Assembly (NCBI GenBank): GCA_036495095.1
Contig: DASXNK010000159.1
Coordinates: 10,515-74,514 of the forward strand
Length of the DNA stretch: 64,000 bases
Source of the DNA: Candidatus Dormiibacterota bacterium
GTDB lineage: Bacteria; Chloroflexota; Dormibacteria; Aeolococcales; Aeolococcaceae
Direction of reading: 5' to 3'
The translations under genes and the position numbers were made by a program. Shown here piece by piece: positions 43,584 to 51,711 of this stretch; positions within the stretch are counted from its first letter, which is position 1, and each line of letters begins with the position of its first letter. The notes below the pieces were generated by a model that saw only the letters and a program-made list of their open reading frames with translations, made no database searches and had not been told where the DNA came from.

Positions 43584-44669
43584 TCAGACGGCCTGGAGCC
43601 GGGCCACCGCCCAGCTCGCCGCCTCGCGCACCACCGGGTCGGGGTCGGCGTCCGCCGCCCGCCGCAGCGGCGCCAGCGCCCCGGGATCGCCGGCGTTGCC
43701 GAGGGCGATGGCGGCGTTGCGGGCCAGCCCGGCACGCCCGGTGCGCCAGACCGCGGTGCGGCGGAAGCGCCGCCGGAACTCCTCGTCGTCGAGCTCGAGG
43801 CACTCGACGAGATCGGGGTGCGGCACCGGGCCGGTCGCGGTCGAGGGCGCGCCCGCCTCCAGCCCGGCCGGGGCCAGGCGCGCGTTCACCGGGCAGGCCT
43901 CCTGGCAGAGGTCGCAGCCGAACGCCCAGGTGCCGATCAGCGGCCGCAGCTCGACCGGGATCGACCCACGGTGCTCGATGGTCAGGTAGCTGATGCAGCG
44001 CCGGGAGTCGATCACCCCGGGGGCGGTGATCGCCCCGGTGGGGCAGGCGGGCAGGCAGGCGCCGCAGTGCCCGCATCCCCGCCGCGACCGCGGGGTGGGC
44101 GGCAGCGGCAGCGAGAGCAGCACCTCGGCGAGGAGGACGTACGACCCCGCCTCGCGGGTGATGAGGCACGCGTTCTTGCCCGCGAAGCCGATCCCGGCGC
44201 GCTCGGCGACGGCCCGGTCGATGGCCCAGCCATGGTCGACGAAACGGTGGGCGCGCAGCTCGCCGGCGCGCTCGCGCAGCCAGGCGACGAGGCCGTCGCA
44301 GGCGGTGGCGAGATGGTCGTGGTAGTCGACCGCGCCGCCCCCGGGGCCGGTCAGGCAGGCGTAGGCGGCGACCCGGCCGCGGGGACGTCCCGGCGCCGCC
44401 GGTGCGGGTGGCGGCGGGGCGGCGGGGGGGTAGGGCCAGGCGAGGGCGAGCAGCGACCGTGCCCAGGGATGGCGGCGGCCGAGGTCGGTGGAGGCCTCGA
44501 CCCGCTCCGGCGAGTACCAGGTCATCCCCGCCATCCGTCCCTCGTCGATGGCCCGCAGGGCGCGGGCGCGGATCCGGCGGAAGGGGCGCACCGAGGCGAT
44601 CCCGGCGCTGCTGAAGCCCCGTGCCCGCGCCTCGTCGAGGAGCTGGTCACGGAGCGCGTCGCGGTCCAT
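43584..44669 (-). CDS. queG: tRNA epoxyqueuosine(34) reductase
   Basis: CGHCGACLPACPTGAI, CISYLTIE, FGCDLCQEACP, C-terminal HEAT-like repeat. QueG pattern over the full length. Confidence 0.9.
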   Translation of the reverse strand: MDRDALRDQLLDEARARGFSSAGIASVRPFRRIRARALRAIDEGRMAGMTWYSPERVEASTDLGRRHPWARSLLALAWPYPPAAPPPPAPAAPGRPRGRVAAYACLTGPGGGAVDYHDHLATACDGLVAWLRERAGELRAHRFVDHGWAIDRAVAERAGIGFAGKNACLITREAGSYVLLAEVLLSLPLPPTPRSRRGCGHCGACLPACPTGAITAPGVIDSRRCISYLTIEHRGSIPVELRPLIGTWAFGCDLCQEACPVNARLAPAGLEAGAPSTATGPVPHPDLVECLELDDEEFRRRFRRTAVWRTGRAGLARNAAIALGNAGDPGALAPLRRAADADPDPVVREAASWAVARLQAV

Positions 44670-44693
44670 GCGGGGATTGTGCTCGCTCGCCCC

Positions 44694-44769
44694 TTTCCAC
44701 AGCCCCGGCCGCCCAATGTGGAAAACGGGGATGGAGATGTGGAAAACATGTGGTTAAAGTCGTGGATGG
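44694..44769. promoter_or_regulatory. cluster of DnaA-box-like 9-mers in the queG / rpiB intergenic region
   Basis: TGTGGAAAA (44717 and 44738, exact 10-mer TGTGGAAAAC repeated 21 nt apart) and TGTGGTTAA (44749): each 8/9 to TGTGGATAA. Inverted TTTCCACA (44694). GTGGATGG (44762). Confidence 0.4.
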
Positions 44770-45125
44770 GTGATTGACAGACCGGTCGGAAGGCACCATC
44801 CTGGGCCCCGGCGCGCGTCAACATGTGTCAACCCCGTGCGCCGCGGAGCCGACCGCCGGTATTGGGGAGAGCAGCGTGGTGGACCGTGTTCGGCCGAGCG
44901 GGCGCGACGTCTCCTTCTCGTCGTCGCGCCCCGGGTCCGGCTCCACCCGTCCCCCGGTCATCCACGGCACCCTGGTGCTCCCCGCCGGCGCCCGAGCTGC
45001 GCCGGCACCGTGCCCGGAGCCGGGCCCGCGACCCGCGGCACGGTAGATCAGGTCGCCGGCCCTGCGAGCGGGCCGGCGGCCCCCCGGGGCGGGTGGACAC
45101 GAGTGGACGGCGTACCATCCCTGGC

Positions 45126-45638
45126 GTGGCAGAGCAGCAGGAGGCGCCGCGCGCGCGGCGCGTCGTCATCGGCAGCGACATGCGCCACCCGGTGTCGGAG
45201 GAGCTGGCCCTCCACCTCGAGGAGCGCGGTCTGCGGGTGGTGCGCTGCGGCGCCGTCGGCGCGCCCGACACCCCCTGGCCGGAGGTCGCCGAGCAGGTCG
45301 GGCGGCTGGTCGCCCAGGGTGCGGTCGACACCGGGATCGTCTGCTGCTGGACGGGCACGGGGGTGAGCATCGCCGCCAACAAGGTCCCCGGGGTGCGGGC
45401 GGCGCTGTGCGGCGACGCGCAGACCGCGCGCGGGGCGCGGCGCTGGAACGACGCCAACGTCCTTGCGCTCTCGCTGCGCGCCACCAGCGTGGCGGTCGCG
45501 GAGGAGATCGTCGACGCCTGGTTCGAGCCGACCAACCCCGACCCCGACGAGGCTGCCAACATCCGCGCCGTTGGAGAGATCGAGAGGCGGTACCGCGAGC
45601 GCGGGGCGCCATCAGGGAGCATGCATGCCGACCGTTGA
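45126..45638 (+). CDS. rpiB: ribose-5-phosphate isomerase B (RpiB/LacA/LacB family)
   Basis: In-frame GTG 45126. VVIGSDMRHPVSEEL, GIVCCWTGTGVSIAANKVPGVRAAL, RRWNDANVLAL. Confidence 0.85.
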   Translation: MAEQQEAPRARRVVIGSDMRHPVSEELALHLEERGLRVVRCGAVGAPDTPWPEVAEQVGRLVAQGAVDTGIVCCWTGTGVSIAANKVPGVRAALCGDAQTARGARRWNDANVLALSLRATSVAVAEEIVDAWFEPTNPDPDEAANIRAVGEIERRYRERGAPSGSMHADR

Positions 45639-47142
45639 GCTGAGCACACGTCCCCTCGCCGAGGCGGACGTCGACGCCGTGATCGTCACCGCCTTCGAGG
45701 ACGGGCTGTCGCCCGCCGCGGAGGCGGCCGACGCCGCCCTCGACAACCTGCTCGCCGAGATGCGCGAGGCCCGCGAGTTCCGCGGACGCTTCGCCGAGCG
45801 CCCGGTGATCCACACCCTCGGCCGGCTGCCGGCGCGGCGGCTGCTGGTGCTGGGCCTGGGGCGGCGCGACCAGCTCGACTCCTTCCGGCTGCACAACGCC
45901 TTCCAGTTCGCCGGCACCGCGCTCCGCAAGCAGGGGGTGCGCAGCGTCGCCGCCTACACCGACCCGACGGTGGTCGACGCCCTCGGCAACGGCCACGCCG
46001 CCCTGCCCGCCGACGTCGCCCGTGCGGTCGTCACCGGGCTGCTGCTCGGCAACTTCGAGGGCGACCTCAACAAGAGCGAGCGCGAGCCCAGCACCGTCAT
46101 CGACACCATCCACCTCGCCGGTCTCGACGGCGACGCCGATGCCCTCGCTGCCGCGCTCGACGAGGCCCAGGTGCTCGCCGAGGCGTCGAACCGGGTGCGG
46201 ACCTGGGCGGCCGCGCCGAGCAACACCCTCACCCCCCGGCTGCTCGCCGAGCAGGCGTCGGCGCTCTACGAGGGCACCGGCCTCGAGGTCGAGGTGCTGC
46301 AGCGCGCCGACCTCGAGCGCGAGGGCATGGGGGCGCTGCTCGGGGTCGCCCAGGGCAGTGACGAGCCACCGGTGATGATCGTGGTGCGCCACGACGGCGG
46401 CAGCCCCGACGGCCCCCGGCTGGCGCTGGTCGGCAAGGGCATCACCTTCGACACCGGCGGCATCTCGCTGAAGCCCGCCGCCGGGATGGAGATGATGAAG
46501 TGGGACATGGGCGGCGGCGCCGCGGTGCTGGCCGCGATGTGGGCGATCGCCCGCCTCGCCCCGCGCGCCAACGTCATCGGGGTGGTGCCCGCCACCGAGA
46601 ACATGCCCGGGGGCCGCGCCTACAAGCCCGGCGACGTGCTGGTCTCGAAGAGCGGCAAGACCATCGAGGTCACCAACACCGACGCCGAGGGCAGGATCGT
46701 CCTCGCCGACGGACTCGCCAAGGCGCGCGAGCTCGGCGCCACCCACATCGTCGACGTCGCCACCCTGACCGGCGCCTGCGTGGTCGCCCTCGGCCACGTC
46801 TCCAGCGGCCTGATGACCAACCACCGCGACCTCGCGCAGATGGTGAAGGACGCCGCCGTCCGCGCCGGCGACCGCCTCGCCGAGCTTCCCCTGCACCCCG
46901 AGTACGACGTCGCCCTGCGCAGCGAGGTCGCCGACATGAAGAACGCCGCCGGGCGCGAGGCGGGGGCGATCACCGCCGCCGTCTTCCTGCGCGAGTTCGT
47001 CGGCGACATCCCGTGGGTGCACCTCGACATCGCGGGCGCGGTCTGGAACGACCAGGGGGACATGACCCCGATCCCCAAGGGCCCGAGCGGCACGCCGGTG
47101 CGCACCTTCGTCCACCTCGCGCGAGCGTTCGCCGAGCTCTAG
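45625..47142 (+). CDS. pepA: leucyl aminopeptidase (M17)
   Basis: In-frame ATG 45625. VGKGITFDTGGISLKP, NTDAEGRIVLAD, ATLTGA, HLDIAG. Confidence 0.95.
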   Translation: MPTVELSTRPLAEADVDAVIVTAFEDGLSPAAEAADAALDNLLAEMREAREFRGRFAERPVIHTLGRLPARRLLVLGLGRRDQLDSFRLHNAFQFAGTALRKQGVRSVAAYTDPTVVDALGNGHAALPADVARAVVTGLLLGNFEGDLNKSEREPSTVIDTIHLAGLDGDADALAAALDEAQVLAEASNRVRTWAAAPSNTLTPRLLAEQASALYEGTGLEVEVLQRADLEREGMGALLGVAQGSDEPPVMIVVRHDGGSPDGPRLALVGKGITFDTGGISLKPAAGMEMMKWDMGGGAAVLAAMWAIARLAPRANVIGVVPATENMPGGRAYKPGDVLVSKSGKTIEVTNTDAEGRIVLADGLAKARELGATHIVDVATLTGACVVALGHVSSGLMTNHRDLAQMVKDAAVRAGDRLAELPLHPEYDVALRSEVADMKNAAGREAGAITAAVFLREFVGDIPWVHLDIAGAVWNDQGDMTPIPKGPSGTPVRTFVHLARAFAEL

Positions 47143-47255
47143 GCGGGCCGCCGCGGGTACAGCGGGCGGACAATGGAGGCGCGTGCCGGCGGCGGGGCGG
47201 GCAGGCGGGTCGCCGGTCCCCGGCGGCCCTCCATCGTCCGAGACGGAGGCCGGGA

Positions 47256-47423
47256 ATGAATCCCAAGCTGGTGGCGCTGTTCTATCTCCTCGCGCTGATC
47301 TGCTTCGTCGCCTCGGCCGGCGGCTACAGCCTGCAGAAGCGGTTCTCGCTCATCCCCGTCGGGCTCGCCCTGTGGCTGCTCCCGACCTTCTACGCGGCGC
47401 TGCAGGCGGCAGGCTGGATCTAG
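47256..47423 (+). CDS. small membrane protein (55 aa)
   Basis: GACGGAGG before in-frame ATG 47256. MNPKLVALFYLLALICFVASAGGYSLQKRFSLIPVGLALWLLPTFYAALQAAGWI has two hydrophobic helices. Confidence 0.55.
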   Translation: MNPKLVALFYLLALICFVASAGGYSLQKRFSLIPVGLALWLLPTFYAALQAAGWI

Positions 47424-47553
47424 CCGGAGCAGTCCGCGACCGCCGTGGTGTCAACCCGCTCTGTGCGATGCGCAGTCAGCGGCTGCGGGTAGGGTCGCGC
47501 CCGGCAGTCGTCCGCCCCGACCGGGGCGGCGGCCATCCTTCTCTGGCTGTTCA

Positions 47554-47624
47554 GGGGTCCCTGCTCCACCCCCCACATTCCATGGCCGAGGCTCGTCCGT
47601 CGCTTCGTCCGGAGCAGGGACCCC
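47554..47624. repeat. perfect 14-bp inverted repeat with 43-nt loop in a 335-nt non-coding spacer
   Basis: GGGGTCCCTGCTCC (47554-47567) and GGAGCAGGGACCCC (47611-47624) are exact reverse complements. They lie between two convergent genes. Confidence 0.6.
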
Positions 47625-47758
47625 GCCGCCGTGGCCCCGGCGCGGAGAAGCCCCGGCAGCACGGCGCTGCGCGGGGCTCCACCGAGGTGTCCCAGGGATG
47701 TCCTGAAGGGCGAAGGGTTGGTGTCCGTAGAACGCATGTTCGCCCCCGGACTTGCGGC

Positions 47759-49909
47759 TCAGCCGGCCGGCGGCGTGCCCCCGGTGAGCAGGGCGTGGTG
47801 GAGGGCCGGCTGCTCGACGTGGACGCCGAGGCGGCGGTCGCCGGCGAGCAGCAGGAAGTCGCCGCGGCCGGCCGACTCGAGATGGCGGCGCTGGGCGTCG
47901 GTGAGGCCGTATGCACCCTGCATCCGCGCGGTCTCGGCGCCGCGGTGGCCGCCGAGCAGGATGATCGAGGGGTTGGTGGCGACCACCGTGCCCTCCTCGG
48001 TGGCGAGCAGGTCGCCGGCGTTCTGGGTGGCGACCACGAGGGACACGCCGTACTTGCGGCAGCGGCGGGCGAGCTGGGTGAGCAGCCGGCGGAGCGGGGC
48101 GTGGGCGCAGAGCAGCCCGACCTCGTCGAAGAGGAGGTGGCGCTGCACCCGCTGCCGCCGTACCAGCGACCAGAGCCACTCGGCGACCACCAGGGTCGCC
48201 GCCGGCACCAGCTCCTCGCGGAGGTCGCGGAGGGAGACGCCGGCGACGGGCGCGTCGAGGCGCAGTGTGGTGGGGCGGTTGAAGAGCTCGCCGAGGCCAC
48301 CGGTGCAGAAGCGGCCGAGCACGGTGGCGACCCGCGGGCAGGCGGAGCGCAGCGGAGGCAGGCAGTCGCCGAGCAGCGCCGGGCGCCGGCGGCCGCGGGC
48401 GCGGTCGAGCGCGGCGGTGGCGGCGGCGTCGACGTGGGCGCGCTCGACCTCGTCGAGGCTCTCGCCGCAGAGCACGTTGACGAGGTCGACCACCGCCGCC
48501 ACCACCTCGGCGCGGCGGGCGGCCTCGCCGCCGTCGGCGTCGCCGGCCTCGAACACGTTGAGGGCGGCGCCGCATCCCGGGGCGAGGCGCAGATAGTCGC
48601 CGCCGAGGGCGCCGATCAGGGTCTCGTACTCGCCCTCGGGGTCGATCACCACGCTGCCCCGGCCGCGACCCGCCGCAGCCAGCACCAGGGCGCCCAGGGT
48701 GTAGCTCTTGCCCTGCCCCGACGCGGCGAGCACCGCGATGTTGGCGTTGGCGTGGTGGGCGGTGTCGAAGGGGTCGATGCGCACCGGCGCCGCGGTCGCC
48801 GTCGACCGTCCCAGCGGGTAGCCGTCGGGATCGTCGCAGCCCGCCTCCACCCAGGGGACGCAGCTCGCCAGCGCCGCGGAGTCGACCAGCTTGGCGCCAC
48901 CGAGACGGTCGCGGCCCAGCGGCCAGGCGGTCATCGCGGCGTCGAGGTGCTCGAAGTCCGCCGGCTCGCACGACGCCAGGGTGGCGGCGAAGGCGGCACG
49001 GACCGCCTCGCCGGCGGGCTCGAGGTCGGCCGGTCCCGCCGCTCGGGCGACCCCGGTGACGCTGAGGCGCAGCGAGCGGCCCTGGTTGCGGGCCAGCCGC
49101 GCCCGCAGGTCGAGGGCGCCGTCGACCCCGGCGTCGACCCCGGCGTCGCCGAGCGCCTCGCGGTCGGCCTCGACGAGCTGGTCGGCGCGGAGATCGCGCA
49201 GCCGGCGGGAGAGCCGCGACATCGCCTCCGCCACCGGGGTGGGCTCGAGGTGGAGGGCGATGTCGCAGTCGGCGCGGGCGAGCAGGAGCGGCGCCAGCCA
49301 GCCCGGCTCCACGGCGGTGCCGGGGAGCCGGCGCAGCCGGAAGCCGCGCACCCAGACGGCGCCGCTCGACGCCTCCCGGCGGTGCGTCCGCCAGCCGGCG
49401 CCATCGCCGCCCCACGCCTCGCGCAGCCGCGCCGCCAGCGCCTCGCCCTCGAGCACCTCGGCCGCGGCGCCGGCGCCGGCGAGGGCCTCGAGCACCGCCG
49501 CGAGGGCGCGCTCGAGCTCGGCCCCGTCCCCTTCCACCGAGGGCACGAGCAGCAGCGAGCGGCGGAAGGCGGGGTGCCGCCGCAGGCTCTCCCGCCGGTG
49601 CTCCCGCTCGGCGGCGAGCAGGCGGGCGGCGTGCCCGGTCAGGGCTGCCGCCGCGGGCTCCGGGCCCTCCGGCTCGGTCCAGCGGCGCACCTGGACGAGG
49701 ATCTGCAGGTGCGCGTCCAGGGTGCGGCAGAGGCGGGTGAAGGCGCCGGCGACGGCGGCGCGACGGCCCTCGTCGAGCGCGGTGACGTCGAAGTCGGAGG
49801 ACCGCACCACCGCGCACTGGGTGCCGTCCTCACCGAGCACCCGGTATCCCCGGATGCGCACCGTCCCGCCGGCGCCGTCCCGCCAGCCGGCGCGCAGCGG
49901 CGTGATCAC
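47759..49909 (-). CDS. VirB4/TrbE-like secretion ATPase
   Basis: 716 aa. VWVRGFRLRRLPGTAVEPGWLAPLL...DIALHLEP (VirB4 N-domain pattern). Walker A VLAASGQGKSYT, Walker B HLLFDEVG, VVATQNAGDL. GTGA overlap with cpaB. Confidence 0.85.
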   Translation of the reverse strand: MITPLRAGWRDGAGGTVRIRGYRVLGEDGTQCAVVRSSDFDVTALDEGRRAAVAGAFTRLCRTLDAHLQILVQVRRWTEPEGPEPAAAALTGHAARLLAAEREHRRESLRRHPAFRRSLLLVPSVEGDGAELERALAAVLEALAGAGAAAEVLEGEALAARLREAWGGDGAGWRTHRREASSGAVWVRGFRLRRLPGTAVEPGWLAPLLLARADCDIALHLEPTPVAEAMSRLSRRLRDLRADQLVEADREALGDAGVDAGVDGALDLRARLARNQGRSLRLSVTGVARAAGPADLEPAGEAVRAAFAATLASCEPADFEHLDAAMTAWPLGRDRLGGAKLVDSAALASCVPWVEAGCDDPDGYPLGRSTATAAPVRIDPFDTAHHANANIAVLAASGQGKSYTLGALVLAAAGRGRGSVVIDPEGEYETLIGALGGDYLRLAPGCGAALNVFEAGDADGGEAARRAEVVAAVVDLVNVLCGESLDEVERAHVDAAATAALDRARGRRRPALLGDCLPPLRSACPRVATVLGRFCTGGLGELFNRPTTLRLDAPVAGVSLRDLREELVPAATLVVAEWLWSLVRRQRVQRHLLFDEVGLLCAHAPLRRLLTQLARRCRKYGVSLVVATQNAGDLLATEEGTVVATNPSIILLGGHRGAETARMQGAYGLTDAQRRHLESAGRGDFLLLAGDRRLGVHVEQPALHHALLTGGTPPAG

Positions 49910-50583
49910 CCGCCGCCGCCGACGCGCAGCGCGAGGTAGAGCGCACCCGACCCCGCCGCGGCCGCGTACCGCCCCGTCTCCGAGGCGGGAACGGCGAGCA
50001 CCACCGACCCCAGCCGGGCCACCCCGGCGCCGAGGCCGCGGGGCTCGTCGGGGTCGCCCGGCGACATCACCTGGCCCTGGTCGGTGCGCAGCTGGAGGAC
50101 GAGCACGTCGCTGCCCAGCAGCGTCGCCGGTGCCGCGGGGTCGCCGGTGCCGGCGCCGGGGTGGGCCCCCGAGGGGGTGACGAAGACGTCGACCCGGTCG
50201 CCGGGGCTGAGCAGGCCTCCGACGGCGCCGGCGGGCTGCACCGGCAGCGCCACCGCCCGGTCGCCCTCGGGCACGGGGAGGCCGCCCGCCGCGCCGGCGC
50301 CGGAGCGCTCGGCGCGCAGCATCCGGGCCAGCACCGGCTCACCGGAGGCCAGCGGCCAGGCCACGTAGGCGCCGACCGCGGCCGCGCCGGCGGTCAGCGC
50401 GCCGGCGGGGACGCCGTCGCCGTGCATCCGGCGCTCCTCGACGTCGCCGGGACCCACCCGGGTGCCCGCTCGCAGGTCGTGGGTGGCCACCACCACCGCG
50501 ACGGTCTGCTCGGCGCGGAGCGCGAGGGCGGCGGCGGCGAGGGCGAGCACGGCGAAGGCGGCCAGGTACAGGGTGCGTCTCAT
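49906..50583 (-). CDS. cpaB: Flp pilus assembly protein CpaB (SAF domain)
   Basis: N-terminal anchor, VVVATHDLRAGTRVGPGDV (SAF), LSPGDRVDVFVT, VLVLQL. Confidence 0.85.
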   Translation of the reverse strand: MRRTLYLAAFAVLALAAAALALRAEQTVAVVVATHDLRAGTRVGPGDVEERRMHGDGVPAGALTAGAAAVGAYVAWPLASGEPVLARMLRAERSGAGAAGGLPVPEGDRAVALPVQPAGAVGGLLSPGDRVDVFVTPSGAHPGAGTGDPAAPATLLGSDVLVLQLRTDQGQVMSPGDPDEPRGLGAGVARLGSVVLAVPASETGRYAAAAGSGALYLALRVGGGG

Positions 50584-50621
50584 CTACATCTCCCAGCAAT
50601 GCGGAGGGCCGGGGCGCCGGA

Positions 50622-51116
50622 TCACCGGCCGGCCTCGCCGGCGCGGCGCAGATCGGCGCCGGAGACCACGGTCACGGTCACTGTCGCGGGCACCGCGGCG
50701 ATGCGGAGCAGCCCGGTGCTCAGCGGCACCCGGACCCGCGCCTCGATCGAGGGCCGGAGCACCACCGCGCCGGGGGTGAACGGGTCGGCGGCCGGCACCT
50801 CCTCGATCACCGCCACCTCGGCGGCGGCGGCGACGTCGTCGGCGCCGACCCCGCCCAGCTCTCCCGCGAGCGGGCGCAGGGCGACGGCGAGCGCCTCCCG
50901 GAGCAGCGCCGAGGCGCGGCCGTGGTCGACCGCCGCGGCGGCGCCGGCGGAAGCCGCGCCCGACGCCGCGGTGATCGCCGCCTCGTCGACGGCGCTGCGC
51001 ACCCGCTGGCGCTCCAGCTGCAGCGCGCCCGCCTGTACCGCGAGCAGCAGGGCGAGCAGCAGCACCGGGCCGAGCAGGACCGCGGCGAGCACCGCGGAGC
51101 CGTGCTGCCGCCTCAC
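50622..51116 (-). CDS. TadE/TadG-like pseudopilin
   Basis: In-frame GTG 51116 (GTGA overlap). VRRQHGSAVLAAVLLGPVLLLALLLAVQAG N-terminus, typical of actinobacterial TadE-like proteins. Confidence 0.7.
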   Translation of the reverse strand: MRRQHGSAVLAAVLLGPVLLLALLLAVQAGALQLERQRVRSAVDEAAITAASGAASAGAAAAVDHGRASALLREALAVALRPLAGELGGVGADDVAAAAEVAVIEEVPAADPFTPGAVVLRPSIEARVRVPLSTGLLRIAAVPATVTVTVVSGADLRRAGEAGR

Positions 51117-51508
51117 CGATTCACCTCGCCCCGGCCGACGGCGGTGGTGCCGACCTCGACGTCGCGCTCCAGCAGGAAGGGGACGCCGACGTGCTGCGGG
51201 CAGCGCACGGTGACCGCGACCGGCTCGTCGAGGCCGACCGTCGCGGCGGTCGCCGACACCGCGCACGAGCCGGGATCGATGCCGCCGCTGCGCAGCTCGC
51301 GCCGCACCCGGTCGAGCTGGGCCGGGCCGAAGCCGCCGGCGCTCGCCGCCGACCGCGCCCCGGCGGCGGCGGCGGCACGTGCGCCCAGGTCGGTGTGCAC
51401 CATCGCCGCCAGCGAGAGGATCGACACCAGCACCGGGAGCAGCACCAGGGCGACCACGAGGATCGCCTGGAGGGTCTCCTGGCCGCGCTCCCGCGGCCTC
51501 CTCGTCAG
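51113..51508 (-). CDS. TadE-like pseudopilin (start uncertain, possibly CTG)
   Basis: RERGQETLQAILVVALVLLPVLVSILSLAAMV N-terminus. No ATG/GTG/TTG lies between the flp stop and this motif. In-frame CTG 51508 overlaps the flp stop as CTGA. Confidence 0.6.
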   Translation of the reverse strand: MTRRPRERGQETLQAILVVALVLLPVLVSILSLAAMVHTDLGARAAAAAGARSAASAGGFGPAQLDRVRRELRSGGIDPGSCAVSATAATVGLDEPVAVTVRCPQHVGVPFLLERDVEVGTTAVGRGEVNR

Positions 51509-51660
51509 TGCGCCAGCTGCGACACCAGGTCGCCGATCCGGTGCGCCAGGGCGGTGTTCCAGGCGAGCACGGCGGTGGCCAGCGTGCCCAGGATGATGGC
51601 CGCCCCGACCACCCACTCCAGCGTCGACTGTCCCGCCTGCGGCGATGGCATGGGTCGCAT
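51505..51660 (-). CDS. flp: Flp-family type IVb pilin precursor
   Basis: Hand-translated 51-aa ORF absent from the track: MRPMPSPQAGQSTLEWVVGAAIILGTLATAVLAWNTALAHRIGDLVSQLAH*. G/QSTLEW matches the Flp G/xxxxE(Y/W) processing motif. GGAGGA 8 nt before the ATG. Confidence 0.7.
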   Translation of the reverse strand: MRPMPSPQAGQSTLEWVVGAAIILGTLATAVLAWNTALAHRIGDLVSQLAH

Positions 51661-51711
51661 CCCAGGGTCCTCCAGGTGTCGTTGTTGTCGTCATCACTGT
51701 CTCGAACCGGC

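Noticed and set aside
44694-44769. Calling the DnaA-box-like cluster the chromosomal origin (oriC)
   Set aside because: No dnaA, dnaN, rpmH or gyrB lies nearby and there is no clear AT-rich unwinding element. Only 3-5 boxes are present. Reported as a regulatory curiosity, not as oriC.
44876-45046. Small ORF (VVDRVRPSGRDVSFSSSRPGSGSTRPPVIHG..., about 57 aa) with GGGGAGAG upstream, in the queG-rpiB intergenic region
   Set aside because: Low-complexity sequence with no recognisable family and only moderately good codon bias. Cannot be supported as a gene from sequence alone.
47183-49939. 918-aa plus-strand ORF and 788-aa minus-strand ORF (47451..49817) over the VirB4-like gene
   Set aside because: Low-complexity Arg/Gly/Pro translations with no motifs. 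The 47759..49909(-) frame carries the Walker A/B and VirB4 motifs.
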